Shown here in pieces: positions 50,124-63,692 of a stretch of DNA of 64,000 nucleotides. The stretch's first letter is position 1. Every line of letters starts with the position of its first letter. Under the pieces are notes generated by a model. It saw only the letters and a program-made list of their open reading frames with translations, ran no database searches and was not told where the DNA came from. Origin of the DNA: Sphaerodactylus townsendi (lineage: Eukaryota); contig NC_059425.1 in the NCBI RefSeq assembly GCF_021028975.2, positions 31,806,001-31,870,000 of the forward strand. The letters run 5' to 3'. Position numbers and translations under genes: made by a program.

Positions 50124-52663
50124 ATCACACTTATGACGAGAGAACTGTATTAGCTTGTTTTAAAATTTAGTACTTGTGAACAGTAGATTCAGAATGTATT
50201 GGTTGTGTAAACAGGCCAGAAAAAGCATAACAGCCACCTTCACCTCCCCCTGACATTTTAATTTAAGAACATACAGTTTCAAACTTTCATCCGTTTTCAT
50301 ATTTAGAACATAATTGGACTAGTCGTTTTTGTAAAAGACTTTAAAATCCATGCTTGAGATTGGCGTTTGTAAATGAAAAAACATGTTTTTGGCCAGGAAT
50401 ATGTTGATATTATGATGGCCGTGTGATTCTTTTATGGTGTGTAAGGAAAGCTATAATAATCTGCAGAGAAATTGAATGACTTAGTTCCGCTTTCAGAAAC
50501 ATTTATAAAATTTTACAAGCAAATTGTCCAAAAGTGCTTTTTTAAACCTTTCGTATCATGTGAGTTGTTGCAAGGCAATAATAAACATGTCTAACTTGTC
50601 TGTGTCTTTGAAAGAGAAATCAGCACTATGTATATGTAAGAGATGTGATGTTCTGAACAAACATAAAGGAAACTGTTAAAGCTGCTTGTTTTATTTTAGA
50701 TTTTTTTAGAAGTTCTGTTGTCTTTGCATTAATAAAGATAGACTTTTTGTTCACTGTTTTGAAGTTGGTCCATGGTTTTAAATCTATGGCAGAGATGCTC
50801 TGCCTAGTATTATCAGTCATTCCATTAAGAAGGAATACTTTGATCTTCAGTGAGGCCTAAGATTCTGCTCTTAACCTCTTACCCATTTTGTAATCAAAGT
50901 AGCACTTAGCGGACTTCCAAAGAGTTCTTATGAACAAAATATACAAAAATTTTGAGGCGTTGCATTGGCTAGCCCAGCCTGTTTGTGATATGCATTCTTA
51001 GAAGTATTTCTGGAAAATACCCTTATAAAAAAATCCTTATGAAAAAAATATATCCTTATGAAAAAGAAATCACAACCTTTCCTGTGAGTTTTGGATGAGA
51101 GCTGCAAAATGTCCGTTCCCAGATGGACAGTACAGAGGAGGGACTGTAGTGGAACAGAGGGCATATGTCCTGTTGACAGAGCAACAGGTGTATGCACTGA
51201 AAGCCAGTGATTTTTAAGGCTGCTTTTCCCATGGTACTCCTTGTTAACCCTACCATGTTGCAGAGAATTCCAGCGAGTGTTCTGTGATGTGCACAGTCTC
51301 AGCAAGATGCCGGTCAGGAATGATGGGCCTCGTTTTTCACCATTTGAACTAATAATCAGCTGCTTGTGGTAAGCGTTCTCAAAAGAACTACAGCCAGTTG
51401 CCCAGTGCCTGTGAGATGGCCCCAGTTTCTCTTTGAAAATGGCATGCACTTAATAGTCTTCATTCTGTGGACCAGATCATCTAAGCTGTACTTAAATGAA
51501 TACCTTATCTGGTGTTAACACTGTTCCAACAGCTAATTAATTCAGTATGCATTATTCCAGTATTACTGTATGGGTCATGGTGATGATGGTGGCAGTGTGT
51601 CAGGTATGTTTAGTTGTGCATTTATCTGAATCTCTAAATTTGGAGAGTGTTCAGCCACAGTCCTTGTGGGAGCTGGACTGGGCTTTTAACCATCACATCT
51701 CTCATGCCAAAGATATGCCACCCTAAACTGCCTTTTAATAATTACCCATCCCAGAGATTTTTTTTTTCTTTTTTCCCCCAGCTTCAGCAATCTAAAATTC
51801 TCTCCTGTTTTTATTGCCCATTGAGCAGCATTACAATAGCACGTTAAAGACTTGGCCTGGGACATTATTTTCTCATTTTCATTTCTAGTGTCTGTAATTT
51901 CTGTACTCGCTCCCCTTTACGACGTGTGCTTATCTTCTTGGCTTGGATTTCAGAAGGCTGTGACTGCACTGCTTGGAATGTGGGGGAAGTTACGCAGCTG
52001 ACGAACGGCCTCCGTGAGCCTCCTTTAGAAATGGGAATAGTGTTTTTCTGAGATGCCTGAGTTGTGGCTGTGCTCCTGGAGATGTCTCAGTCGCTCGGTT
52101 GCTCTACTTCCCTAGTTTCTCTTTCGTGTTTGGGTGCTCTTGTACTCACCCACATTTGCACTGCTTGCTCCTAGCCCTGGTCCGATTTCCTTGCCTAACC
52201 TTCATATTGTCCTGGTGGCTTGCATCATTAGTTGCCGGCCCTGATGTCTGTCTTAGGAAGAAATCCCACGTGTTGTAAAGCATGAGGGGAAATCTGATTG
52301 TCAATCAGCAATCCTGCTCCTCTGCTATTGTACTTAGAAACACAAGGAACAGGCATTGAAAATGTTTCTTTTCTACTCTTGAACAATGACAGGAAAAGTG
52401 GTTGAAGACTAAGATATGGATAACATGTGAATTAAGTTCAAACTGTTGCTTGCTTCCTCTCCCGTTCCTCCCTTGATCCATCTCTGCTACCCACCCTTGC
52501 TGACTCCTGTGCCTCCTATCTTTATCCTTGTTTGGATTGCTTCTGTAGAACTGACCCCTGTCATATGATTGCTTCACAAGGCTCCGTTATCTCTTGACGA
52601 ACATGCCCCTTACCCAAAAGACCACATCATCTAAGTTGTACTAAGTTGACTTCTCCTCCTGTT

Positions 52664-52886
52664 GGAGGAGAAGTCGATCTATGGCTACCAATCTTGATCC
52701 TCTTTGATCTGAGATTGCAAATGCCTTAGCAGACCAGGTGCTCTGGAGCAGCAGCAGCAGAAGGCCATTGCTTTCACATCCTGCATGTGAGCTCCCAAAG
52801 GCACCTGGTGGGCCACTGCGAGTAACAGAGTGCTGGACTAGATGGACTCTGGTCTGATCCAGCAGGCTTGTTCTTATGTTCTTATG
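52664..52886 (+). mobile_element. CR1 3'UTR fragment
   Basis: Matches 33485-33708; (TTCTTATG)n tail. Confidence 0.9.
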
Positions 52887-53259
52887 ACCAACCCTTGAAG
52901 AAGATCTCGGTTCAGGAGCCTTGATGCTGCAAAAAGATTATGATTCTGTACTATTATGATATTGTGTATTATTGCATATTACTTTTGCTGTTGTGCACCA
53001 CCCTGAGCCCTCCGGGGAGGGTGGTATATAAATTAAATATCTATCAATCAATCAATCAACCCCGCCAGTACTCCTCTGAACAAACATAACTATCCTATGG
53101 TTTCATTGCTTATGTTCCTTAATATACCATGAGAAAAAGTGATTTCTCATTGTAATGGGAAACTCAAGATTGTTATTCTATAACTAATATAAAATGGTCA
53201 ATACATACACTTTAAGATAAAGTGCAGATTGGAAAATACAATAGAGAAAGTGATTTGTG

Positions 53260-53260
<1 letters not shown>

Positions 53261-53302
<42 letters not shown>
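53261..53302. repeat. (CA)n microsatellite
   Basis: Directly visible. Confidence 0.97.
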
Positions 53303-53305
<3 letters not shown>

Positions 53306-53903
53306 CTCCACTCCACTCCACTCCACTCCCCATTTAAAAATTATGTCTGGCCTGCAGTTCTACCTCCTGCTGAACTCTGACTTTGAGAAGTCTGTTCCTG
53401 GAGCTATTAGAAGATGTCAAAATTGCCAGTCACTGGCTGCTCTAGGATGTGAAGTCGGCTTCTCTGAATGCTTTCCAGCAATGCAGGGTGGCAGCTAATT
53501 TTGCGCTTTGGAAACCTTGGGGCCCATGCAGCTGTTGCCCTCCTCCCCTCATGGGACCTCGTGGAGGGTGGGTATTTTGTGTGTGTGTGGGTGTGTGTGC
53601 AGGAGGTGGAGAAAGTCAGAAATGTGATCAGTTGGGTGAGCGACAAGCAGTGAAGGCATGCAGCTGGAAAGGCGGTCTGATCAGCAACTGTTTGCTCTGC
53701 TTCTTTTTCTTTTTTGCTGCTGACTGCATGTTGTCATCCCCTCCAATTCCTTCAGCTCTGTGTTTCTTCAGATAAGCATGTTACTGGATTGTTACACTGT
53801 TTACTCTGGTTGTAGCTTGCATCATTGTCTCTTTACTAATTAGTCTATATGAGTGCAGTTGGCTTTAGTTTTTGGACTCTGCCCACCAGGATGGGGTCTA
53901 GAG

Positions 53904-54019
53904 CAGGGGTCTGCAACCTGCGGCTCTCCATGGCCAATTGGCCAATTGGCCATGGTGGCAGGGACTGATCGGAATTGTAGTCCATGAACATCTGGAGAGC
54001 TGCAGGTTGTAGACCCCTG
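53904..54019. mobile_element. hAT MITE with partially deleted left arm
   Basis: Same TIR as the 18767 copy; TSD GTCTAGAG/CTCTAGAG. Confidence 0.87.
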
Positions 54020-54364
54020 CTCTAGAGCCTGAAACGCAACTCATAGGATTCAATGTATGTCCTCAGTCAATTAAAAGTGCTCCTTAAATGGAAGGTTCAT
54101 CAACAAGGAGAAGAGCAAACTTTGGTACTTAAGTTTCAGTATAAAATGGAGGTAGTGTGGGAAACGAGAGGAGAGACTGCCATTTAGAATACTGTTGAAT
54201 GCTACAGCTGCTATTCCACATACCCCTTCCACAGTCCACTTTAGGGAGGATTTTAAATAAACTCCGGCATGGATTTGGGTAGCAAATGTGTACATGTGCT
54301 ACCTAATTGGTGTACTCTCTTTGATCCACTGTAATGTATATTGTATGCCCTTTTGAACACTTGA

Positions 54365-54562
54365 ACACATGAAGCTGCATGGTACTGAGTCCGACCTTTG
54401 GCCCGTGAAGGTTAGTACTGTCTACCCAGACTCGCTGCTGTTGTCCCCGGTCCTAGATAGGTGTTGTGAAAGATCTAACATCTGTTGCTTGATCCTTCTA
54501 ATTGGAGATGCTGAGGATTAAACCTGGTACCTTCAGCATGCCAAGCGGATACTCTCTGCCAC
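54365..54562 (-). mobile_element. tRNA-derived SINE (Squam2-like)
   Basis: Reverse complement similarity to 13416. Confidence 0.6.
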
Positions 54563-54617
54563 AGATTCTCTCTGTGTATGAAAGCATAATACTGGATATG
54601 GATGTCTGCCTGTTGAA

Positions 54618-55053
54618 GGCCCTTTCCTCACTGGCGTGAGCAGGGGTGCGTCGGCATAAACAATGCCGATGCACCCCCCTGGGACAGTTCGCACAGACAG
54701 TCCCAGTAGGGGCGTAGGGGAAGGCGCAGCCTTCACACAGACTGCGCCTTTCCCAATGGGCTAACCTGCTCCTGCTGGCTCCTGTATTGGAGGCCAGGGG
54801 ACATGCCCACCTGACCAGAGCGATGGCACTGGAGATGGAGGCCAGGGGGGCGTGTCTTCCAAGGCGCCCCTTTTGAAAAACGCCGCCTTCCAAGGTGCCC
54901 CTTTTGAAAAACCTCGCTTGTGAAGCGAGGTTCAAAAGGGGCGTTTCCGTGCCGCTTGGGCGGTGCGAGCACAGCGCTGCTGTGTTGCAGCAGCACCTGC
55001 TATGCAAAAATGCCGTCCCTGGGATGCTCTATTCCGCTCGTGCAGAAAGAGCC
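54618..55053. mobile_element. PIF/Harbinger-like MITE
   Basis: TIR GGCCCTTTCCTCAC / GTGCAGAAAGAGCC; 3-bp TSD GAA. Confidence 0.8.
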
Positions 55054-55574
55054 GAAGTGTCATTTTGTGTTCTTTTTATGAGTTGCTATCAGCTGTTGTC
55101 TCAAGCAAGTGCTTATTCTGCAGGACGTGGACGTGGATTTACTCAGATACACAGGAAATGTTTAGGGGGTTCTGTTTGTGACTGTAATTAAAGGAAAATG
55201 TTTTGCAACTTTGATAAACATTGTCCCTGTTAGAGGCCAAATTATTTTGGAGAGGTAAAACTTCTTGGAACCAGGTAGGGAATTGCTAGAAATCGCCAGT
55301 TTTTGGCATCCTCGCTCTTCAGCTCTTCATGGCTGAAATTGGAAGATCTGCAAGGAAAGCAAGAAGACTGAAATGGGAGTATAAAGCTGGGACTGATATA
55401 AGGGCAGGCAGTGAGACTGTTTCAGCCTGACCTAGAAGTCACATCAGTGTAAATCAAAAGTCATCCTCTGCTATTTAATATACCTGCTAAGTTGAAGCCT
55501 TTGACTTTCAGCTATGGATGCGTACTCTGCTTTTTGAGGTAAACCGAACTTTAACCATATACACAGTTTGCTTG

Positions 55575-56368
55575 TATATTTTACTTTACTTTATTTAGGC
55601 TTATATCGGCTGTCCCCTAGCCAGAGGCCAGGCTCAGAGTAGCTTACATGCTATCAATATGCAATATTGTTTATTGTATAATAAAATTCCTGCCTAATAT
55701 AATTAAAATTCACATCTTGACAAATGATTAAAAACTTTGGTGCTGCTACACTTACCAATGGGGGACGGCAAAATGTAATCAGGCTAAAATCGAAACTCTA
55801 TCACTCCCCATCCTGATTTATTCAGTGAAAAGAAGAAGGGGAGGGAGAGGAAGAAAGGGAAAGGGGAAAAGGAAAGGAGGAGGGAAAGGGGAGGCCAGTC
55901 AACCTGATAGGGCCGAAGCTGCCTCAGTCATTGGCCTGGTGGAACATCTCCCTCTTACAGGCCAAGTGGAACTTTACCATATCCTTCAGGACAGCAGAGA
56001 GTTCTACCAGGGTGGAGGCAGAGCGCCAAAATGGCCAAGCCCTAGTTGAGGCTAACTGGGTATCCCTTGGGCTGGGAACTTCCAGATTGTTGCTTCTGGA
56101 AGAGTTTGGTTCTCTCCTGGGATAGCATTGAGAGATGTGGTCCCACAGACTTGAAGATCCCAGACTGCTCAGGGCTTTAAAGGTTAATATCACAACCTTA
56201 AACTTGATCCAAAATTCAACTGGTAACCAGTGAAGCTGACGAAGCGCAGGAGAGATGTGCGGACCCTTGCCGCTGCGTTCTGCATTTTCCGGAGAGACCT
56301 CAAGGGAAGCCCAGCGAAGAGCAAATTACAGCAATCCAGTCTGGAGGTGACTGTTGCATGGATCACTA
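55575..56368 (-). mobile_element. L2 3' fragment
   Basis: Reverse complement gives VIHATVTSRLDCCN...ILTFKALSSLG. Confidence 0.85.
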
Positions 56369-57409
56369 GGCTAGGTCAGGGCCACAATTCCTGGAAGTTG
56401 AACCGTACACATTCCTGAAATGCATACAGTTCCTGAAGCTGAACCATACGCTTGCTTCACTTGTATCCTGAACCTGACTGATGAAAATTCAAATTGCAGT
56501 TTTTTGCACAGATACAGAGCCATGAGATGGAGAAAACAAGAGGAGCGCTTTATTATTGCGCATGAGTTAAGGCTTACTAATGCTTGTCAAACAGGCTCTG
56601 CAACAGACAAAGGTCAGATGCCAGTGCCTGTGGCTGTTGGTTGCTGGAGTCCGTGTTCCAACCCTTTTGCTTTCTTTTGTGGCCTTTAGCCTTTCCACAC
56701 TCAAGATCTACCTTTAACCGTAACCTGCAAGGCTGAACCCACCTTTAACGTTTTACTTCACATGTTGTTCTTACTTACCGTTCCTGTATCATCGTGATCT
56801 GTCATTCTCAAACTCTCGCTTTCTTTCAGCCTGGCTTTTTTCCTCTGTTCTCTCCAAATTGTAGTCATGACTGTACTGGTAGGACACATTTTAGGTAAAG
56901 TGGCCCATCAGTTGTACACCAGTGGCTTAAAAAGTGTGTCTCGGTTACTGGCTCGTTTGAAGCTGGCTTTCTAATAAAAGTAGCTTGCTGACAACATCTT
57001 TCAGCAATAAGTTTTCTCAGCCCTGTTCTTCCCTTTCAGTACAAACACTGATTTTTGTTATGAGCTGCTTATCTTCATTGGCAGGGTGATGATAAACATG
57101 TGGAAACTTAATTTCATCTTCTACTTTCAGGTCCTTGCCTGAGGTGCTAATTGTTATATTCAGATAATGGATAGATGCAGATATTACAAGGCAAACAATT
57201 GTGTGAATTTGCAATCCTCTTCATCTTGTATGAGGATCAAAAGTGGTGGAACAGATCTATTAATAAAGTATTTTCTTTATGAAGTGTTTGTTGACCTGTG
57301 CATACAATAATTACAAATGTCAAAGCAAGTGTTACATTTGTCTACCAGCTACTATGGATCTACAAGAACTTTCTTTCTTTCTTTTCTTTTTCTTTTGGTA
57401 TCTTTTTGG

Positions 57410-57772
57410 TATGATAACTATATACATGACCTTTATAGGTTCAGGCCACCCTCCTTTCCTGGAGAAGGAGTTTTCTTGATCGAGTCTCCAAAACTTTGGA
57501 ACTCCCTTCCCAGAGAGATTCATCTGCTTCTTTCTCACACAGTCTTCTGCCAGAGGATGTAGACTTTTGTTTTGGTTGACCAGTAATGGTTATCGGCCCT
57601 TCTCCCACATTCTGCTGTTGTATGCTTATCTGTTTTTATCGAATTTTTTTATAATTTTGAATGTTGTTTTCAGTCATTCAGATGTTTTAGTATTTTCATA
57701 TTCTCTGCCTTGGGGACCCTGGTCAGATAGAAAGGCAGCATAAAATTATTTTAAATAATAAATAAAATAATA
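57410..57772 (+). mobile_element. Old L2 3' fragment
   Basis: PKLWNSLPREI motif; AAATA-rich tail. Confidence 0.65.
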
Positions 57773-58190
57773 AACCAAACTTTAGATACTTAATGCACTC
57801 AACCTGTTTCAACCCTCCCCCCTCTGAAAACTCCCTTCTGATCTCATGATGCTTTAGGAAGGATTGTTTAGTCAGTGTCTTGTTAGAGAGGCTTTGAAAT
57901 TTTTAGATGTTGCTTGCTTCTCTGCAGAAGACATGGAACTCTTCAGATGAACGACCTTTGACTTGCTGTGTTTGTGATCTTCAAATTCTGGAAGGAAACT
58001 ACTGTGGAATAGACATCCTGTAGGAAATGGTTGATGAAGGCTCTAAAGCCCTGTCCCTGAATATTCTAAAACCAGAAGGGTAACCAAATTTGCTAATTCC
58101 TTGCAATGCCATCATAATCTGTCATGACAACCTGCCTTTAGGCTTTCATGTTCTTAGTGAGTAAATGCAGAAGTAATAAATGTGGTGTAT

Positions 58191-59249
58191 TGTCAAGAAG
58201 TTCCTTCGCACGAAGGGGACCTCCTGGCTGCCAGAACTCCAGCTTTGCCCCGAAGTTGGTTTCAAGCCCACCAACTAGCCCCATGAGAAAGACTCGGTTA
58301 GTTCTCCAGTAGTGTGGTCTTAAAGTTTATTCAGGTGTGCAGTTGGGCCCTTTTACATCTGGGCCTGTCATCTTGGGACCTGTCCTCCTCCTCAGGAGAA
58401 TTTTTTTTTAAAGTAGGGTTAGTCGGACGCCTCTATTATTGTGTTCTTATTGTTGTTACGCTGTTTGTGGTTTTAGTTTATTTATTTGTTGAATTTGTCT
58501 CAAAGTCCCAAAAGAGCAAACTTATTTACGAATGCAGGAGTCCAGACAGAAGGTACTTTAAACAGCAAGAAAACAAATAACCTGGTTTGTCTTGATATCT
58601 AATACACAGTTCAGACTATGGAAAGACTTATCTCAATAGTTAACCCCTTCAGCTCCTCCGAGCTCCTCCACCAGCTTCACACAACTCATGGCCTGGCTTC
58701 TAATCCAGGACAGCCTCAGCATCTCCAGATCCTTATGGAAAGGCCTCACAGAGCATACCATGGATAGGTAGAACCTCTGGTTTTATCAAAACAACATGGG
58801 CAAGACCCCTGGACCAGTTGCATCACCTACCCAATTTAGGTGAAATGGCTGCTGGCATTACCTTTTGAATGCTCCCTCCTCTGTGACTGGGCAGAATTCA
58901 GAATGCCTCCTCAGGTCAGATGGGTCACCTCCCCCCTTCACTGGAATGACAAATTGATTTACATTATATGACTGAGCACCAGCCGAATATTTTTCACACC
59001 TGCAGATTTTTTATCTGCTTGCAACTGAGGGTATAGTTATGCAAGGCCATATCTCCACTGCTTTATTAGCCCTTTGTTATTCACAAGAACCAAGAGATAA
59101 TTTACTCTCAAAATAGTTCCCCTAAATCCTCCCAACCACCACCACCGATACAAATTAATAACATAGGATATTATAATAACCTCTGTGTTGTGTGTGTGGT
59201 GTGTGTGTGTGTGTGTGTGAAGGAAACAAATAATGAAGGCTACTTGACA
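58191..59249 (-). mobile_element. Possible solo LTR
   Basis: TGTCAAG...CTTGACA inverted termini and TTTATT motifs; no TSD seen. Confidence 0.4.
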
Positions 59250-61529
59250 GAAGAGGCATTGTGACTTGTCTATGTGCCGGTATATAGGGGGGCATGGGCA
59301 GGTCCCACTGATGTCTCCTTGTATCCTGCAGACACTAGTTAGGATTTTGAGATAGCCTGAGCTCTTCCTGTCACAGAGTGTTCCATGAAGAAAATTAATA
59401 CCAAAGGTTGGGTAAGAATGGATTCATAAACTTACAGCTTTAATTTGCTGATAAATGTTATAGAATAACAGTGGTGCATTGTTCATGTTTATCAATGTGA
59501 TGGTTTCCATTCCAAGGATGCAAATTTGTTGTAGCACTCTTGCTTGTGGTATGTTGTAGCATTCCTGCTTGTGCCGTTCAATGCTGAACACCAGAGTTAA
59601 CTTTTAGTAGAAACAACCTTTGTTTCTTGTGTTAGGGTAACGCGTGTATGAAGAGAAGACTGGAAATATCAGTGCTCCCAATTACTGAGACTTGGGTTTT
59701 TAAGAGCAAATATATGGCCAAGTTCTCTTCCCCTGCCCTTTGCTAGTCCTCATTAAAGCACTACAGTTCATTGAAGATAATGCGAAATCTTCTCCAGGCA
59801 GCAGCCTGTTCTGATGTTCACATGTTGAATTGCCATCTGCTGAAGCAGTAATCTGATTACTTCACCATGAGCACAGCTTGTGGGTCAGCATCATGCAGCC
59901 CACTTCTAGGAATTTTGATATAATGCTTTGGGGTGTGCCCCTTTGTGTTTAAGCTTACAGTAATTACAGCTCTTGTTTTTCTGAAGCTGAGGAGTAGGAG
60001 TGCAGGGGTAGTCTCACCCTTGTTTCTGATTGGCCAGACATAATATTAAGCAGTTTTGGGTGAGAGAGACGACGACTAGGGTCCATTCTTTTCTTCTGTA
60101 TACCTGTCTGGTGCTAACAAGTTCTAATTGTCACTTAGGTTATCATGTAGTCCAAGAAGAAAGCAACCAATACAATTACGCCAGTCACACTAATTGGAGA
60201 AGTTCGTCCAGACTTACTCCATCTGGACAAAGTCAAGTTACTGCATTTATGTGCAAGGATTATTCATGAAGAAAATGTGAACTGCAACCTAATGCTTGCT
60301 TTCTCTTGTCCTTTTTGTCCACTGGTTCTCAACTCATGTTAGAAATACACACTATTACATTTTTCATTTTTTGCTACTATTCTATTTGTTTTAAATATAG
60401 ACAGCATTCATATTCCACCATTTCTCTTCCACTCTCTACTCCACTTGCCTATAGATCCCACTTCCATCTCAGCTGCATGCATGTTCTCATTCCCAAGAGC
60501 AGGATAGAATGGGCAAGCCCAAAAGTTGTGGGCGACCCTGTTGATGTGAATAGAGATTGCCTGATGAGTTTTATGTTTGTTCTTGCATATCTTCCATCAT
60601 TAAACTGAATCAAAAAAATTTTTTTTTTGCATTCTTAATGCTGTTGAGGGCAACTTCTGTTGGGGCTTTGCTGGAAACCCAGTCTAAATATGTCTCTTTG
60701 ACAGCTACAGATGTAGTCATAACTCTAGTGGCTCATTCCATTCATGTTTTGGTTTTTGAAGGTTAATTATAATCGGATGTTTTAGCGCTTGGATCTTCAA
60801 TGTTTGCATATTGTATTTTGTGGATGGTGATCTATTGCAATTATTTTCATAAATTAGCAATGTTGCCATAATCGTGTATCAATAAGGAATTGACTTTTGT
60901 GGAAAACTTGCCTGTTCTGATAGGATTACAATTGTCCCCTGAAGTTCTGAATCAGAGCCAATTCTACATGAAATCCCACTGGAGCATGTTTTACATGCCA
61001 GTCATAGTGCTCTTACGTGGCAGGTTGACATGGAAGACCAATTTTGTTTCTGCTTTATTCTACTCGTTTGCAGTACAGCAGGTGAACTGAAATGTGTGTC
61101 TCTTCCACAGAGTCATTTTTCAGGCAGGTATTGAAACATGTACCCTTTTGGGGTCCTTGACGCTGGTTTGCCAGGCTCTTGCTGAAAAATGAGAAGTCAG
61201 GCTTCCCGAGAGAAAGAATGTACTTGCTGGAAAAAAGTCTTCACCCCACTTACCCTGTTTCACTCAGCAGGACCACTTGTTTGCTTTGCGGGACCTTTTT
61301 TGCCATCACATCTTCGGTGTTTGGGTTTGCAACAAAAGGCTTAGAAATATTGCTCATTTCAAGGAACAGAAAAGCATTTTTCTGCTACCAGATAATACAT
61401 GTTGGGGAGCTTTGAGTAATAGTTACTGTGTGTGAATGGGCTGAAAGAGGAAACTGGGAAGGAAATACATCTGAGGTTGAGAAATGGCTTTAGCCTTTCT
61501 ACCACCCACTGTCAGAATTGCATTGTGAA

Positions 61530-61532
<3 letters not shown>

Positions 61533-61561
<29 letters not shown>
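61533..61561. repeat. (TG)n microsatellite
   Basis: Directly visible. Confidence 0.95.
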
Positions 61562-61568
61562 GGCTTGC

Positions 61569-61864
61569 ATGGTGTACTGGTTAAGAGCAGGTAGACTTTA
61601 ATCTGCAGAACCAGGATTGATTCCCCACTCCTCCACATGAGCGGTGGAGTCTTATCTGGTGATCCAGATTTGTTGCCTCACTCCTACATTCCTGCTGGGT
61701 GACATTGGGCTAGTCACAGTTCTTTGGACCCCTCTCAGCCCCACCTACCTCACAAGGTGTCTGTTGTGGGGAGAGAAAGAGAAAGGAGTTTGTAGATTAT
61801 TTACTCTTTGATCCTTATGGTTGAGAAAAATGGAGTTTAAATCCAAACTCCTCTTCTTCTCTTC
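61569..61864 (+). mobile_element. Squam3-like SINE
   Basis: TGGTTAAGAGCAGG head to AAATCCAAACTCCTCTTCTTC tail. Confidence 0.85.
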
Positions 61865-62261
61865 CAAAACAGGGTACAGTTACGTACGAGATTGGGCTGT
61901 GTCGTCCTTAAGTAGCCCAGCTCTTGTCTCAGCAAAAAGTTATATTGTGTGAAATGATGTGTTGGAGGCATTTGGGAGACAGATTTGTAACCACAGTTGT
62001 ATACTATATTTCTGTGTATATACATTGCATTGTAAAGTGGGTTGCAACACAGAAACATCACAAAATCATGAACAAGATATAGTTGCAGTTGGCTTTGCAG
62101 AAAATGTGTTTCTACACTCAGTGAATTTAGAACTGTGGGTGCTCCAAATTAGTTATTTATTTTGGAAATTGTCATGAGTTCTTCACTTCAGCCGAATTAT
62201 ATCATTGGCACCCTGTCTCCTTCCAGTGTTTCCCCCTCTGTCCTTCTCTTTATTTCCAAGG

Positions 62262-62450
62262 CTAAGGAGTTATAGCTCGGTGGTAGAACACCTGCTGGGC
62301 ATACAGAACCTCCTAAGTTCAATCCTCAACATCTCCAGTAGAAAGGATCAGTTTGTAGGAGATGTGAAAGACCTCAGCCTGTTTGGAGAGCCACTGCCAC
62401 TCTCAGTACACAATACTTGATGGATCAGTGGTCCAGTTCAGGCAACTTGA
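62262..62450 (+). mobile_element. tRNA-derived SINE (Squam2-like)
   Basis: A-box TAGCTCGGTGG, B-box-like AGTTCAATCC, then the body shared with 13416. Confidence 0.65.
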
Positions 62451-63199
62451 TGCATCAGTGGTCTAGTTCAAGCAATTTCACATATTCACTTTAAAAAACC
62501 TCAAAATGCATTTGCACTGCCAGGTTGTCCACTGTGCCAAACTGGAGCCCAATTGAAATTTTTTAAGGCTACTGTTGCTTTGCATTTTCCTCCTATTTGG
62601 GCTTCCAACTTTATAGCTTCATTTTTTTTTAGCATGGTTTCCTGTAACATTCATGAAGGAACATTATTCAGGCTTCAATTTTCTTGGTGGGAAGGGCTTT
62701 TCCCTTTTATTATTTATTAAAATTATTAGTTCTTGCCCACCCCCCACCCCCGGTCAAGGAAGGGGTCAAGGAAGCAAAGCCACTCTTATTATTTTTATAG
62801 CACTGTTATGAAATTCTGGTAATAAAAAGCGAGCAGTGATATTGATTGCAAAGTGAAAAGCAGCATTTAATTACCAGGCTGTGTTTGGGGGGGAGGGAGA
62901 TTTTCAATTAATTTTAGAGGTGGTCATGGAGAAGACAGAAAGTAATTAGGCTGCAGAACACGCTGTAGGGAGAAGCAGAATTTTTGAATGGGGTTTGCTT
63001 CTGAGATTGTCATCGCTGAATTTTTTTGTGCGGGTATTGTAGTGCAGTAGTAAATGAAAGGCAGTATCCCACTGTGAATTTTGCATCCAGGTAATTGCAG
63101 AAGGGTAATCTTCTAGCAGTGCAGAACAACCTTGGATGTATAGTTTCAGCAACTCTGATTTCTGGTATCCCAACTCTGAAAGAGCTGTCATAGTTTGTT

Positions 63200-63690
63200 T
63201 AGACAAACCGGAAGATTTTAATAAATGGAATGTTAACGGATGGATTTAAAATCGAAAAAGGAACACTGTCACCACTTTTATTTATTCTAGCACTAGAGGT
63301 GTTGGCCACTAAAATCAGACAAGACCCTAGAATTAAAGGGTTGAAAGTGGATGGAGAGGAGTTCAAAATGAAAAGTGATGCTGATGATGTGGTGGTAACA
63401 AAATCGCAAATCCCTGTTTGTTGATGCAATATATAATAGAACAAATTGAAAAAATTGAATCTTTTGAGGGTGGGGTGTTTTCCCATAAAATCAATGGGAA
63501 AAGATGAAAAATTTAAAATTTAAAAAATAAGCTGGATAGATGATATTAGAAGGACTACAGGATATGTAGTAATGTCAAATCCAGTTAAACATATTGGAAT
63601 AAACCTGACTACACAAAATGATACACTGTTCAAACATAATTACAAGGCAACATGAGTGAAGATACAAGAGGATCAGCAGAGATGGTCTAA
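63200..63690 (+). mobile_element. L1/Tx1-clade RT fragment
   Basis: LSPLLFILALEVLATKIRQDPRIKG...ADDVVV; VKHIGINLT. Confidence 0.85.
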
Positions 63691-63692
63691 GT

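Noticed and set aside
62262-62340. Possible tRNA gene
   Set aside because: Degenerate cloverleaf that continues into a SINE body shared with three other loci
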